DNA of 64,000 nucleotides from Squalus acanthias (Eukaryota), in the NCBI GenBank assembly GCA_030390025.1, contig CM059432.1, forward strand, positions 48,052,001 to 48,116,000, written 5' to 3'. The notes beneath the pieces are model-generated. The model was not told the origin of the DNA and did not search any database. It saw only the letters and a list, made by a program, of their open reading frames with translations. Positions 23,074 to 36,707 of the stretch are shown here, piece by piece; the stretch's first letter is position 1; each line of letters begins with the position of its first letter. The position numbers were made by a program, and so were the translations under genes.

Positions 23074-24852
23074 GGCCGGGATTTTACGAACCTCGGCGGG
23101 ATCATGGCGGGCGACGTCGGTGGCGGGTCCCGACCCCGCTGCTGGCTCCATCCCGTTGTCCAAGAAGATTTTCCCTTGATAGGGCTTGTTAAGCCTGCCC
23201 AGCACATTTGCCGGTCCAATTAGAGGAAGTGGGCCTGCTGATGTCATTTCATGATGCGTCATCAGCCAGTTTCCTTAAAGGGACCATGGCCAACTTTATT
23301 TTGACAATTGTGCAGTCAGTGTTCTACAGCATTGAGGTGCAGCAAACACTGACAATCACTGCAGAGAGGTGCAGAGCTGCACCCAGGTTCTCCCATGACT
23401 CCCTCTATATGCTTATGGAGGGAGTCAGAGCAAGCAGGGAGGTCCTCTTCCCTTCCGATGGGCAGACGACACCTCCCCAGGAGATCAACACAGCCTGGTT
23501 GCACATTGCAGAGGAGGGCACAAGCAGGAATGTCATCAGGAGGACCTGGGTGCAGTGGCGCAAACCTTTCAATGATCTCATTAGATCACAGAAACGTGAG
23601 TACAAAGCCATACTCACCTTCATCCTGCTGTGCCTCTCATCACATCCCCATCACTCTGCCTTCTCTACCCTACTCCTGTGCATCCTTACTCACACCAACT
23701 TACCTTGCACCTCCACCCAACCCTCTCTCTCTACCTACATTATCACATCCCCATCTCACTAGCCACCCCTCTCACTCACCCTCATCCTAGTGCAATCATA
23801 CCAACTAACAACACACAAGGGTAGGCACTTGGGTGTTTTATCCAATGTTCATGTAAAGTTTCTGTTAATGTGCTTTCAAACATTGAAACCTTTATTTTCA
23901 ACACTTTGCGTTCTTGGACAGATTTGTGTGCACCTTTGGAAGTGGCTTAGTGAGTTGCAGTGAATGGTGAGACATAACTGTACACCCCGCAATGGTAGTG
24001 AGTGTGAAAGGAATGGCTTGGACATTGTAGGGATGCTTTATGGTATTGGTGTGAGGTGGTGCCAATCTGACGCATCATGTGGCAGCCAGGGTGTACAGCG
24101 TCAAGTGAAGTAAATCTGACCATGGTGAGGCCATCCCTGGTCTCCCGGGCAGCAATGTGGTCGGGTGCTGATGCCCTTTGTCCTGTGCAGCATCAGGTGA
24201 TTGCAGAGAAGGTTGGTGTTGTTGTTGGTGCTGCTGGTGTGCCTGGTGCTGCTGGTGTTGGGGCTGATTGTGGTCGGATTCTGAGGACCAATGTGAGACA
24301 GTATAAAGGGCACCCATGTTGATGGAGTAGATGACAGGTGAAGTAGAGATGACAGAAGCATTCTGTCAATGGTGAGAGAGTTCGTCCAATGAGGTGAGAG
24401 TGGATGGAGAGTGGAAAGTGGAAAGCCTGCAGAATCTGTGCTGGAAATGGACTTTTAAACAGCCTGTAGCTGAGGAAAGTGATGATGTCAGGTGGGAGCT
24501 TTTACTGTACATTTGAAGCTGTCAAGGAATCAGCTGGAGCAATGGCCACTGAACTCCCGCCTCAGGTTGACAGACGTGGTCCCCGAACAGCGTGGTTCCC
24601 GTGGCCATGAAGTTAAAGTGTAAAGGTAAGTTAAAAAGCCTGTTGATGATCTGTCAACGAGATGTTAATGAGATTAACTTGGTCCCTCGCCGCTGCCTGT
24701 TGGGTCTGCTCAGCGCTGACAGACCCGACATTAGGAAAGGCGCGTTGCGGCAGGGTTGACAGAGGGGTCCCGACCCGCTGTCAAAAAAAAAACACTTTCC
24801 CACCTGACCCGCCACCGATCCCGTCTGCTGACCCCCCGGAAAATTTCTAGCT
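23074..24852. mobile_element. Internally deleted PIF/Harbinger element with Myb/SANT exon (+) and probable transposase 5' remnant (-)
   Basis: RAAPRFS..L..L.E.V...REVLFP...AW..IA...RTW.Q.RK.FNDL at about 23368-23595, then a GTGAGT donor; convergent minus ORF 24075-24317; degenerate TIRs; ACG/ACT flanks. Confidence 0.8.
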
Positions 24853-27800
24853 ACTGTTACTAAAACATCAGAAATTGGGTCACTCCCCAGCACTGAGCAA
24901 CCAGGTTAAATAATGAAATAACTACCAATGTTGTTTTGGTGGCAGTCTTAAAGTGCAGAGCTGGTGTCAGATACAAACAATGAATATATGCATGGAACAA
25001 CATTTTGGTCCTGAATTTCCTGACTGTCTTCAGTACTTACACTGTTATTATGCTATTATTGCGCTAAAAAGATCAAGGAAACTCGTGTTTAGCACGTTAC
25101 ACTGCTTATGCACTGCTTATGGGGAGAGAGTGGGAATATGGTATTGAGATAGAGGATCAGCCATGATGATATTGAATGGCGGAGCAGGCTCGAAGGGCCG
25201 AATGGCCTACTCCCGTTTCTATTTTTCTATGTTTCCTCGATCTTTTTGGCACCACGAGGCACGTTTGCATTAGGAGCACTACTCACTGGGTGGCACTGTG
25301 CAAGGATATTTCCTGATATTACACAACTGCATTCTGGGAAAGTTAAATGCAAATAAAATGGGGGTGGGAGGGTTGGGGGGGGGGGGTGGGTGGGGGGTGA
25401 AATAGAAATGTGTTAGTGATAAGGGACTCTATAATTAGGGGGATAGATAGCGTCCTCTGCAGCCAAGAAAGAGAATCCCGAAAGGAGTGTTACCTATCCG
25501 GAGCCAGGGTAAGGGTTATCTCACGGCAGCTGGAGAGGGATGGGGTAAATCCAGTTGTTGTGGTCCATGTTGGAACAAACGACATAGGTAGGAGCAGGGA
25601 GGAGGTCCTGCTGAAAGTGAATCAGGAGTTAGGCTCTAAATTAAAAAGCAGGACCTTGAGGGTAATAATCTCTGGATTATCGCCCGAGCCACGTGCAAAT
25701 TGGCATAGAGTCAGACAGATCAGGAGAATTAACACGTGGCTAAAGGGCTGGTGTGGGAAAGAAGGGTTCCTTTTCATGGGACACTGGCACCAGTTGGGAT
25801 GGAATCCACCTGAACGGGACCCGTGTCCTAGCGGAAATGGTAAATAGGGAGGTGGCAAAGGCTTTAAACTAGTAAGATGGGGGGAGGGATCTACAAGAAA
25901 CAAAACCAGCCTAAATATAAACAAAACAGGAAAAGAGAGCATCGGAAAGAATAAAATAAGGGAGGACATTGATGGCAAGGGAGTAAATAGAGTTATAGAA
26001 CAGGAGTCTAAAAAGATGGTTAAACATAAAGTGAGAGGAAATCCTATTAAAAATGAGTTAAACTGTCTGTACAGCAATGCACAGAGTGTCCGTAATAAAA
26101 CAGGGGAGCTGAAGGCAATCATGCATTGTGAGGAACCAGACATATAGGGATTACTGAGACATGGCTACAGAAAAATCAGGACTGGAATTAAACATTGCAG
26201 GGTATAACATGTTTAGAAAAGATAGAGAGGGAAAAAGGGGAGGTGGAATAGCTGTACTTATTAGGGATAACATAAGTAGAAAAAAGTGATGCAGCTATCA
26301 GCAAGTCAAAAATAGAATCCATATGGATAGAGATAAAAGATAATAAAGGATCAATCACACTAATAGGTGTAGTCTACAGACCACCTAATAGTGGAAGGGA
26401 TGTGGGGGAAGAAATATGCAGACAAATTAGGGAAATTAATAAAAAAAATAGAATAATCATCATGGGGGATTTCAACTACCCCAATATTAATTGGACGGAA
26501 GAGGTAGGTAAAGGGGATAAGGGAATAGAGTCCCTACAATGTGTACAGGATTCCTTTCTATCCCAATATGTAAAAAGCCCAACAAGGGAGGATTCGCTAT
26601 TAGATCTAGTTAGGGGGAATGAACCAGAGCAGATAAGAGAAGTAAAAGTAGTGAAACATCTAGGCAATAGTGACCATAATATAATACGCTTTAAGTTGAT
26701 AATTGAGAAGACTTAAGTATGACAAAACCAAGGTAATAGATTGGAGAAAAGCTGATTTTGAGGGGCTGAGAATAGAACTTGGGAAAAAAATGGCAACAAT
26801 ATTGGCAAACAACGATGTAGAATAGCAATGGGAAACATTTAAAACGGTGTTCAACAGAGTGCAGCAAAATATTCTGCTAAAAGGAAAGAACAAACTAAAA
26901 AATAATGAGACTCCATGGATGAATAAAGCCATAAGGGAACAATTGAGGGTAAGGAAAGAGGCATACATTAAGGACATAGACAGCAAGGGAGTGCATGATA
27001 AGGGAGAATACAAAGAGATTAGGAGAGAAGACAAAAAAAATCAGAAGACAAAGAGGAACTATGAAATTAAATTATCAAGGAGCGTAAAACAAAATAGTAA
27101 AATATTTCACAGGCACATTAATAAAAAAAGGAAGGTTAGGATGGGAATAGGGCCATTAAGGGATAGACAGGATAATAACACAGGTAACAATAGAGAGATG
27201 GCAGAAATATTAAGTAATTATTTTGCTTCAGTATTTACCAGGGAGAAAGAACAGGTGGACATGACATTGGATGATGAGATTAGTATTGAGATAAGTGCAT
27301 TTAAAATGAGAGGATATATTAAATAAACTAATCAAACTCAGAGGATAAAACCCCTCATCCAGATGGATTGTATCCACGCATTTTAAAAGAATCTAGGGAA
27401 AAGATAGTAGAGGCATTACTACACATTTAATTATTTGTTAGAAAAAGGTGTAGTGCCAGAAGACTGGCGGATAGCTAACGTAATACCTATATTTAAGAAG
27501 GGGGATAGAACATGTTCAGGGAATTATAGACCAGTCAGCTTAACATCAGTGGTAGGAAAAATAATGGAAACTCTACTAAAGGAGAAAATAGAAGAACATC
27601 TAGAAACCAAAAATATAGTAATGAATAGTCAACATGGATTTCAAAAGGGAAAGTCTTGCTTGACCAACCTCATTGAATTTTTTGAAGAGGTAACAGAAAG
27701 TAGACAATGGTAATGCAGTAGATGTAATTTATCTAGATTTTCAAAAGGCCTTCGATAAGGTACCCTATAATAGACTAATGAACAAGGTCAAAGAATGCGG

Positions 27801-28395
27801 AGTCAGGTGATAAGTAGCAGAATGGATAGCTAGCTGGCTTCAAGACAGAAAGCAGAGAGTAGGAGTAAAGGGTAGCTATTCACAGTGGCAGAAGGTGGGT
27901 AGTGGTGTTCCACAAGGATCAGTGCTGGGACCACTGCTGTTCACAATTTATATTAACAATTTAGACTTTGGAATCAAAAACACAATTTCTAAATTTGCGG
28001 ATGACACAAAATTGCGGGGGGGGGGTGGAATATAGTCAATACTGAGGAGGACTGCAACAAATTACAGGAGGACATTAATAAACTTGCAGAATGGGCATAT
28101 AATTGGCAAATGAAGTTCAACACAGATAAATGTGAGGTATTACATTTTGGTAGGAAGAATAGGGAGGTCACTTATTACTTGGAGGGTGCGAGTCTAGGTG
28201 GGGTAGAGGAACAAAGGGATCTCGGAGTACAAATACACAAATCATAAAAAGTTGCGACACAGGTTAGCAAGGCCATAAAAAAAGTAAACCAAGCACTAGG
28301 GTTTATTTCTAGAGGTATAGAATTGAAAAGTAGGGAAGTTATGCTAAACCTGTATCGAACCTTGGTTAGACCACACTTAAAGTATTGCGTACAGT

Positions 28396-31125
28396 TGAAG
28401 GGATAATTACTAGTCCTAGCCCCTTTAGGGCTACCCCGGATCAGGCGTATTCCTCAGACGTTCACTTTCAACTAAAGTTTGATGTAGCCTGTAGAATTCG
28501 CAAAATTATCGCGATTTTATAATAATAAGGAGACATAAAGTTTCATATAAACAGCTTTATTTCAGCAAAATGCTGTCATGTTTCAAAAAGGACACAAGCA
28601 GCCTGTAAAATGGCCACCACGCCTCGTGGCAGAAGGTTCTAGACTTTCAGTAGGCAGACAAGATGGCGTTTCAATAAACATTTCAGCAAGATCGGACAGG
28701 ACTCAGCACATTTGAGATAATGACAAGACGCGATGGGTTTGCATTTTAAACATAAATACTGGAATCGGGTTTTCCATGCACAAACGAGGGCTATTGTACT
28801 GGGCGATCAAGGACCCATCCAAAGACATTGATATGTAAAATCCCCACGGCTCTACGATGAGAGAGCCGTTCGCGGGTACTCACAGCAAGCATTTGGGAGC
28901 CCCCAAAAACCCCTCCAGGGAGACTACTAGCCGGTTCCACAATGGGAGAAATATTAACGGGTACTCAGACAGTTACAAGTGTCACCGAAACCCATTAACG
29001 ACAAGTACCACCCCATACAAGAAGTTTGAGCGCCAAAACATGACAAAAGATGAACATTTAGATTGGGCGGGAGATAAGGAATTACAGTACTATAACTGTA
29101 GTGTCCAAACGTCCATCTTTCTCTTTTTCTTTACCACCGACTGGAGCTCTGGACTCTCATTCTCTGATCCGCTGATTTTCCGGGAGTCAACCTCGTGGCT
29201 TGCCGTGGAGATCTGTGGAGAGCTGGACTGCAAAGGCCGATAAGCGGGCGCACCATCCCGAGAAGTCGGTAAACGGTGTCGGATCCGAAGGCCCGGGAGG
29301 AGATGAGATGAGATGAGATGAGAAGAGAAGAAGAAGACTACACGTGTCGCCGTGGTCAGTAAGCCCCGACCGCGCCTCAAAATATAAGGACCATTTTCGA
29401 ATTCTACAGGAACTGGCCCGAGAAGACTATTCTTCGAGTTCTACCGACAACTGGTGTCGGGCACAGTAAGACTCTTCTTCGAACTGTATCTGGAGTCAAC
29501 ACAGATCTTCATGACAGCAGACGATCCAGCCTGCTAGCCGGAGCAGAAGCGAGTAAACAAGTGGGGTACAGAGACCCCTGATCAACACGTGAATAGTCAG
29601 GTGCTGTGGCGAAAACATCCGAGCAGCGTTTTAGAATTCTCCGAATTGTCCCGATTGGTGAGCATGAGTCTTGATCCTACAGATCTATTTTAGGACAGGC
29701 ATTGATAGGGGAGGTTTTGGTTTTAAGGATAATTATAATGTGTGTCCCCTTTTACGATGTGTCGTGCGCTCCTCGTTTCCCTAAAATTAGTTTCATAACT
29801 GTGTGCAAGATTGTACTGTCATTAATCTGTGCTTATGACATGTATTTCGTAATCTTGAATAATATGCAATAAAGATTTTCCATTTCGCACTATTCAACCG
29901 GGTCTACCTGAGTTTTCTCTGCATTATTGCTCTCGCACCTAAGTCCAGTGTCAGAACCGTAAGGGCGAGTGGGTCGAACCACTCACAGGTGTCTAGTGTT
30001 ACCAGGCTGGCTGGAGACCAGAACAGGCAACAAGGCCTAACCCCGCACTAGCACCCAGGCTAAGCACAGAGCCACGCGAAACCCCCTTACAAGCCGAATC
30101 CTAAAGATGCTTAATTGGGTCTAAAGGTCCAGACTATCTCTCCCTAAAGGAAAGGAACAACCTGAAAATGTTACCATCCTCCAGATAGCACTTTTAATAA
30201 GTTTAGCTAGACTGTAACGTTCCAGATATTATGAGGGTCTGGAAAACTCCCCCAGAATTCTGCAACTCCTCACCAAAGAGTGTACAGAAATTGAGTTCGC
30301 GAGTTTGATACAGAAGTCTTGAGACAATTCTAAAAATATATAGATTTATTAAAGAACCAACATGTAGTTTACAGTTGGTGAGTCAATCACAACATTAACA
30401 GTTCCAAAAAGAGAAAGCTTACAATTCTATTATCAGAGATCCTTACTCTCAAATCTAAACTTCGTTACAGTTTTACAGTTCTTAGTTTTCTACTCAGGAT
30501 ATCCACCAAAATCAAATACCTTTGATCGCCGAGGTACAAAGAGTTGGAGACTTACAGAGCTGCCTCTGAAGCCGAGAATCACGTTGCCCCTTTAAAGCGA
30601 GGCTACTATCCCATTTGAGAGTTCAATATTTATACCCTTTTCCAGTGGTATTTCCTTTAAGGTTTTCTGCTGATGTAAGCTAATTATCTCTAGTAATTTT
30701 TCTGCTGACCCCTGCAATTCTTAGTCACCTCAGCTGGTAGCATTACAGAATTATGTCTCTTCTCTAAGTGTTCTAAGTTTACCATAAAAAACGGTGTAAC
30801 GGCAGGTGCGTTTTACTTGATGTCATTTTTACGAAGGCAAATGTTTGTGCTTCTTTACGAAGTGTAAATTAGAACACCTTGTACAGGGTGAACCATTGTT
30901 TGATTCTGAAAGATTCAGACTACCGGAGCCTTTAACCTTCTGTTTCAATAAGGTTATTGATTCAGTGTCAACAACTATCTTATCTCTATAGCCAGAATAC
31001 TTTCACAGCTTTTTCATAGTTAGGTTTCTAGATTTCCAGACCCAGTTTGTCATGTTTTAATAAGGCCAGAATTCTTTCATAGAATGGTGTATTTTTCTGA
31101 ATAGGTTATATGGCTTATTCCTTCA
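28396..31125 (-). mobile_element. Outer solo-LTR-like insertion (28396-28489 + 30096-31125)
   Basis: TGAAGG...CCTTCA termini interrupt the CR1 coding sequence; degenerate flanks TACAGT/CACATT; minus-strand AATAAA (about 30345) and TATAAA (about 30630). Confidence 0.65.
28490..30091 (+). mobile_element. Solo LTR, about 1.6 kb, nested in the outer LTR
   Basis: TGTAGA...TTACA; perfect 4-bp TSD AGCC (28486-28489 / 30092-30095); AATAAA at 29868; CpG-rich. Confidence 0.8.
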
Positions 31126-31670
31126 CACATTTCTGGTCGCCATATTATAAAAAGTATATAGAGGCACTGGAGAGGGTGCAGAGAAGATTTACAAGGATGA
31201 TACCAGAAATGCGAGGGTATACATATCAGGAAAGGATGAACAGGCTGGGTCTCTTGTCTCTTGAAAAAAGGCTGAGGGGTGACCTAATAGAGGTCATTAA
31301 AATTATGAAAGGTTTTCATAGTGTGGATACAGAGAGAATGTTTCCACTTGTGGGGAAGAGCATAACTAGAGGCCATCAATATAAGATAGTCACCAAGAAA
31401 TCCAATAGGGAATTCAGAAGAAACTTCTTTACCCAAAGAGTGGTGAGAATGTGGAACTCGCTACCACAGAGAGTGGTTGAAGTGAATAGTATAGATGTCA
31501 TTTAAGGGGAGGCTAGACAAGCATATGAAGGAGAAGGGAATAGAGGGTTATGCTGAAAGACTTAGATGAGGAAAGCCAGGAGGAGGCTCGAGTGGAGCAT
31601 AAACACCGGCATGGACTGGTTGGGCCGAATGGCTTGTTTCTGTGCTGTATATCCTATGTAATCCTATGTA

Positions 31671-33338
31671 AAGTGCCGAGTGGATGATCCATCTCCGCCT
31701 CCTCCTGAGGTCCCCACCACCAGGAAGGCAGTCTCAGCCAATTCGATTCACTCCACGTGATATCAAGAAACAGCTGCATGCATTGGATACAGCAAAGGCT
31801 GTGGGCCCCAACAACATCCTGGTTGTCGTGCTGAAGACTTGTGCTCCAGAATTAGCTGCACCACTAGCCAAGCTGTTCCAGTACAGCTACAACACTGGCA
31901 TCTACCCGACAATGTGGAAAACAGCCCAGGTAAGTCGTGGCCACAAAAAAGCAGGATGAATCCAATCCGGCCAATTACCGCCCAACAGTCTACTCTCAAT
32001 CATCAGCAAAGTGATGGAAGGTGTCGTCGACTGTGCTATCAAGCATCACTTACTCATCAAAACCTGCTCACCGATCTCAGTTTGGTTTCTGCCAGTACCA
32101 CTCAGCTCCAGACCTCATTACAGCCTTGGTCCAAACATGGATAAAAGAGCTAAATTCCAGAGGTGAGGTGAGAGTGACTGCCCTTGACATCAAGGCAGCA
32201 TTTGACAGAGTGTGGTATCAAGGAGCCCTAGTAAAATTGAAGTCAATGGGAATCAAGGGGAAAACTCTCCACTGGCTGAAGTCATACCTAGCACAAAGGA
32301 AGATGGTTGTGGTTGTTGGAGGCCAATCATCTCAGCCTGAGGATATCGCTGCAGGAGTTCCTCAGGGCAGTGTCCTAGGCCCAACCATCTTCAGCAGCTT
32401 CATCAATGACCTTCCCTCCACCATAAGGTCAGAAGTGGGGATGTTCGCTGATGATTGCATAGTGGTCAGTTTCATTCGAAACTCCTCAGATAATGAAGCA
32501 GTCCATGCCCGCATGCAGCAAAACCTGGACAACATTGAGGCTTGGACTGGTAAGTGGCAAGTAACATTCATGCCACACAAATGCCAGACAATGACCATCT
32601 CCAACAAGAGAGAGTCTAACCATAGCCCTTTGACATTCAACGGCATTACCATCGTGAATTCCCCCACCATCAATATCCTGGGGGTCACCATTGACCAGAA
32701 ACTTAACTGGACCAGCCACATAAATACTGTGGCAACAAGAGCAGGTCAGAAGCTGGACGAGTGTCTCACCTTCTGACTCCCCAAAGTCTATCCACCATCT
32801 ACAAGGCACAAGTCAGGAGTGTGATGGAATACTCTCCATTTGCCTGGATGTGTGCAGCTCCAACAACGCTCAAGAAGCTCGACACCATCCAGGACAAAGC
32901 AGCCCACTTGATTGACGCCCCATCCACCACCTCAAACATTCACTCCCTCCACCACCGGTGTTCCATGGCTGCTGTGTGTAACATCTACAAGATGCACTGC
33001 AATAACTCGCCAAAGGCTTCTTCGGCAGCACCTCCCAAACCTGCTACCTCTACCACCTAGAAGGACAAGGGCAGCAGGCGCATGGGAACACCACCACCTC
33101 CAAGTTTCCTTCATAGTTACACACCAACCTGACTTGGAAATATATCGCCGATCCTTCATCATCGCTGGGTCAAAATCCTGGAATCCCCTTCCTAACAGCA
33201 CTATGCGAGTACCTTCACCACAAGGACTGCAGCGGTTCAAGATGACAGCTCACCAACACCTTCTCAAGGGAAATAAGGGATGGGCAATAAATGCTGGCCT
33301 TGCCAGCAACATCCACATGCCAGGAACTAATAAAAAAA
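31671..33338 (+). mobile_element. CR1-group LINE family A, longest copy
   Basis: [22 protein letters not shown] (ORF 32021-32776); shared 3' tail + A-run. Confidence 0.9.
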
Positions 33339-33496
33339 GTACACCACTTCATATGCAAATTAATTTAATATAACCAGGAAACTGTGTGCAACTCCCTTTG
33401 TTGGTGAATGGTGCAACAACAATTCAGGGCTCTAATTCAGGGATACCATTTGCTGCCTGCCACTGAGACAAGTCAGAAGTGCAGGCAAGCAGCCTA

Positions 33497-33652
33497 GGGC
33501 CTGAATTTCCTCAGACTTTCTGCCGCTGTGCCACCATAACTTCATCGGAGGTGCAGTGGAAACCTAGTTCATGCACGTAACCGGGGTTTCCGCCGCACTT
33601 CCAATGAAGTTACGGCAGCGCAGCAGCAGAAGGTCCAAGGAAATTCAGGGTC
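33497..33652. mobile_element. Harbinger-type MITE
   Basis: GGGCCTGAATTTCC ... GGAAATTCAGGGTC; flanks CTA/ATA. Confidence 0.7.
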
Positions 33653-35940
33653 ATATGAAAACTGAAGCTTTTTTGCACAATTTGCGCTCCTCTGTGTGTA
33701 CTTCGTGGCTCCACTATTTACGGGTAGGCGGGGAGGGAGCAGAGAAGTGCGGTTGCCGGGGGAAACCCGGAAATGCGGGGGACGTGGAAGTCCTTCCGAA
33801 TTTAACGGCAGGACCTCATTATTATTCTTTTACCCCATTTCCTGCCCGGCGGCCAGCCAGACTGACAGGCTGGCAGGTGGCCGGGCGGGAAAGCCAGCAG
33901 TAGAAGGCCGGAGCCTGGAACCGTTGGGGATAGTCCTTGGCAATCGGGAAACATGGCAGGTTGATGATGGTGGGGGGGTTGGACTGGCAATAGGGAGGGA
34001 GGGGGGGACCGGAAACGTCACAGGTTTGGAGGGGTGGGGGCAGAAGATTTGCTTGAGGGGCTGGGGGAAGCACTCCTGCTCCTCATGGCCCACAAGCAGT
34101 GATATCAAAAGCACTTAACGGCTGTATCCGGCTGCTCCCGCCTCCCTTTAGCTGCCGGGTTTCCCGAGCCCTGGGAAACCTGGTCAGACAGTGTTAAATT
34201 TAAATGGCTGCCAAAATATCAGGAACATAGCCTCATTTATGTATTATAATTACGGACTCATCTCTCCACATTGGGTTACTCGGATGCTCCCAAATCTGCT
34301 GTAGTTAAACGGGAAGCAGGCACATTTGCGATGGATTGGGGTCGGGTTTTGCATATTTACCGATTTTAACCCCCCTTCCTGACCCTCTCCCGCTTGATGT
34401 TGGAGGGTTAAAACCGCAACCCCCCCCCCCTGCAATATATCACTAGACAAGTCAGTGCTTGTCTCTTCTGGTTTCCCTGCTGTAAAAATTGTACTTGTGG
34501 AATAGTATGCCATTAGATTTATTTGTATTGCTGTCCTTCAACCCAAGTTGAATGGTGCAATAGACAATTGGTTCTGCACACTGCACTTAATAAAGAATCC
34601 GACTCAACCTTCAAAATTCATGTTTACTGTCTGTCCTACGAATTACATACACATGAAACTAATTAGGTGAAATACAGATTTTGGGGTTGCTGAAAATGAA
34701 AAGGCTCAGCCTGAATACTGTTAATCATACATTAAAAAATATATAAGCTCCTTTCCCAGACCCAACTGAAAATATCCCTCAGAATGTAGCTATCATTCCA
34801 ATACCGTCCAGTTGATTCGCACAAAGGTTAATTGTCAATGTCAAGGAACCTAAACTTAACTGACAAATCTACCTTAAAGTTGGGTTCCCTCCTATGTAAG
34901 CCACCTCTACTGTCTACATACTTTAAGGGAACAAGTTCCTTTGCCAGTCCAATAATAGGGCTTTAGCTAGCCTTAGGCCTGCATCAAATTCACTTCCCTC
35001 TTGCTTATCTGACATGCCATTTCAGCTGATTTTCATGCTTTTTATGAGAATATCAGATAAAGAGAAGCAACCTCGTCCAATTCATTTAATAAGTAACAAA
35101 GAGTCTTGTTTTATGAGTATCAGTAACTTTTATGGCAACTTACATCAAATATTAAAGCTTAATTTAGCAGTTTTATGCTATGTTGTATTTTCTGATAAAG
35201 GTTTACTAGAGTAGTAAACACTTACTGGACTAAAAGTATCAACTGAGCCGACAATTATGAACAAATCCCATTAGCTTAAGTAAATACCATTTTCTGATAT
35301 TAGTGAGTGTTTATTCCACCTTCACTACAAATCACACTAAGATAAGACTTTATCAGCAGTTTGGAGTGAATGTGCTTAAGTCCAGTGTTACTGTGGAAGT
35401 AAAAGGTGGAATAAACCCTGCAAAGATTAATGACCTGAAAAGAGACCTCATCTGGAGTTTTCTCCCACAAACTAGTGACAGCATTATCAACCAATTTATT
35501 TTTCTGAATCTTGCATTGCAATAAAATAATTTAAAAATCAGTGGATGAGGTATGCTGCATTGACAGAACTATATAGACCCAATTGACAGAACAAAGTTCC
35601 CCTGTTGTACAATATACGCAGGGTCATTTTGACTTCAATGGAAATAAATATCAGGAGAGATGTAAAATGTGCTGCCAATTCACTATCACCCATTTTACAC
35701 TATCACACAAAGTCAAAAATACCTCCACTGTGTTTAAAATAAAAGTAAAATGCCAATGGGAAAGTCAAGAATCAAATACTATTTAAACCAACAATTTAAC
35801 ATTGTAGTGAATGCATCATTCCAATGTCTGCACTTGTACTAGACTTTAGCATGTTAAAACACGTGAAACACATAACTTAGTAATAAATACAACTTGCTTT
35901 AATGGGTTAGCTAAGACATTAAGCTAATGATTTACACTCT

Positions 35941-36707
35941 GGGCCAGAAATTCGGGTTGGAGGCTTCCCGCGGGTGCATGCCCCCGACCTGCACTTGCCT
36001 AGCACGCCTGCCATTGTGCTGTGGGCCCGCGTGGGATTCGGGTCCTGGGCCTCCTCCAGCTGCCGGCGTGAAGTGCTTGTGTATCCCAGGGGCGCAGTTA
36101 GTTCGAAGCGTCCCCTGGGATCACGTGGGCCATGGAGAGCCAATCGTAGCAGGGAATCTCCATTCATAGATTTGACAGGAAGACCTGTCAAATCTATGAA
36201 TAGAGATCGGCCCCAAAACCTAACTAAAACTTCAAATACATTTTTTTTTAAAACATCACATTTTTTAAATAACTATAAATTACATAAAATAACTATTTTA
36301 AACAATAATTTAAATTTTTGAAAAAAATTACAGTTTTTAACAGGGCTAAAAATAAACTTACTTTTCTTTAAAGTATTTAAAAATAATAAACCTGTGGAAA
36401 AAATGTTTTAATTTTACTTCATTCACCACTTACCTTGTTAAAAGCAGGCCTTGTGCCTGCTTTTTCCCCCGCGCAGCTGCTAGGGACTTACCCACACAGA
36501 GAAACCTGTAAAAAAAAAAGCCGAAGTTCCAGGCATACGCGCTGCCTCTCCGGCGCACGCGTTTGACCTGTGAACCCCTTCCTTCAAGGGAACGGAAGTT
36601 CCGCTTTCCCGCGCATGCGCAGTGCACGCGTGAAACCGGCACTTTCGTTGGGCCTACAGGTGAGTACACAGCGCGTACTCACCCGTGGAGACCCGAATTT
36701 CTGGCCC
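35941..36707. mobile_element. Harbinger-type non-autonomous element
   Basis: Perfect 16-bp TIR GGGCCAGAAATTCGGG / CCCGAATTTCTGGCCC; CpG-rich arms, AT-rich centre. Confidence 0.8.

Larger units (their letters stand above)
25405..31670 (+). mobile_element. Long degenerate CR1 LINE of a second family, split at 28395/31126 by LTR insertions
   Basis: DSIIRG, VHVGTND (ORF1); LYSNAQS, GDFNYP, SDHN, NYRPVSLTS, FADD; ERVQRRFTRM resumes after 31126; (CCTATGTAAT) tail. Confidence 0.9.
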
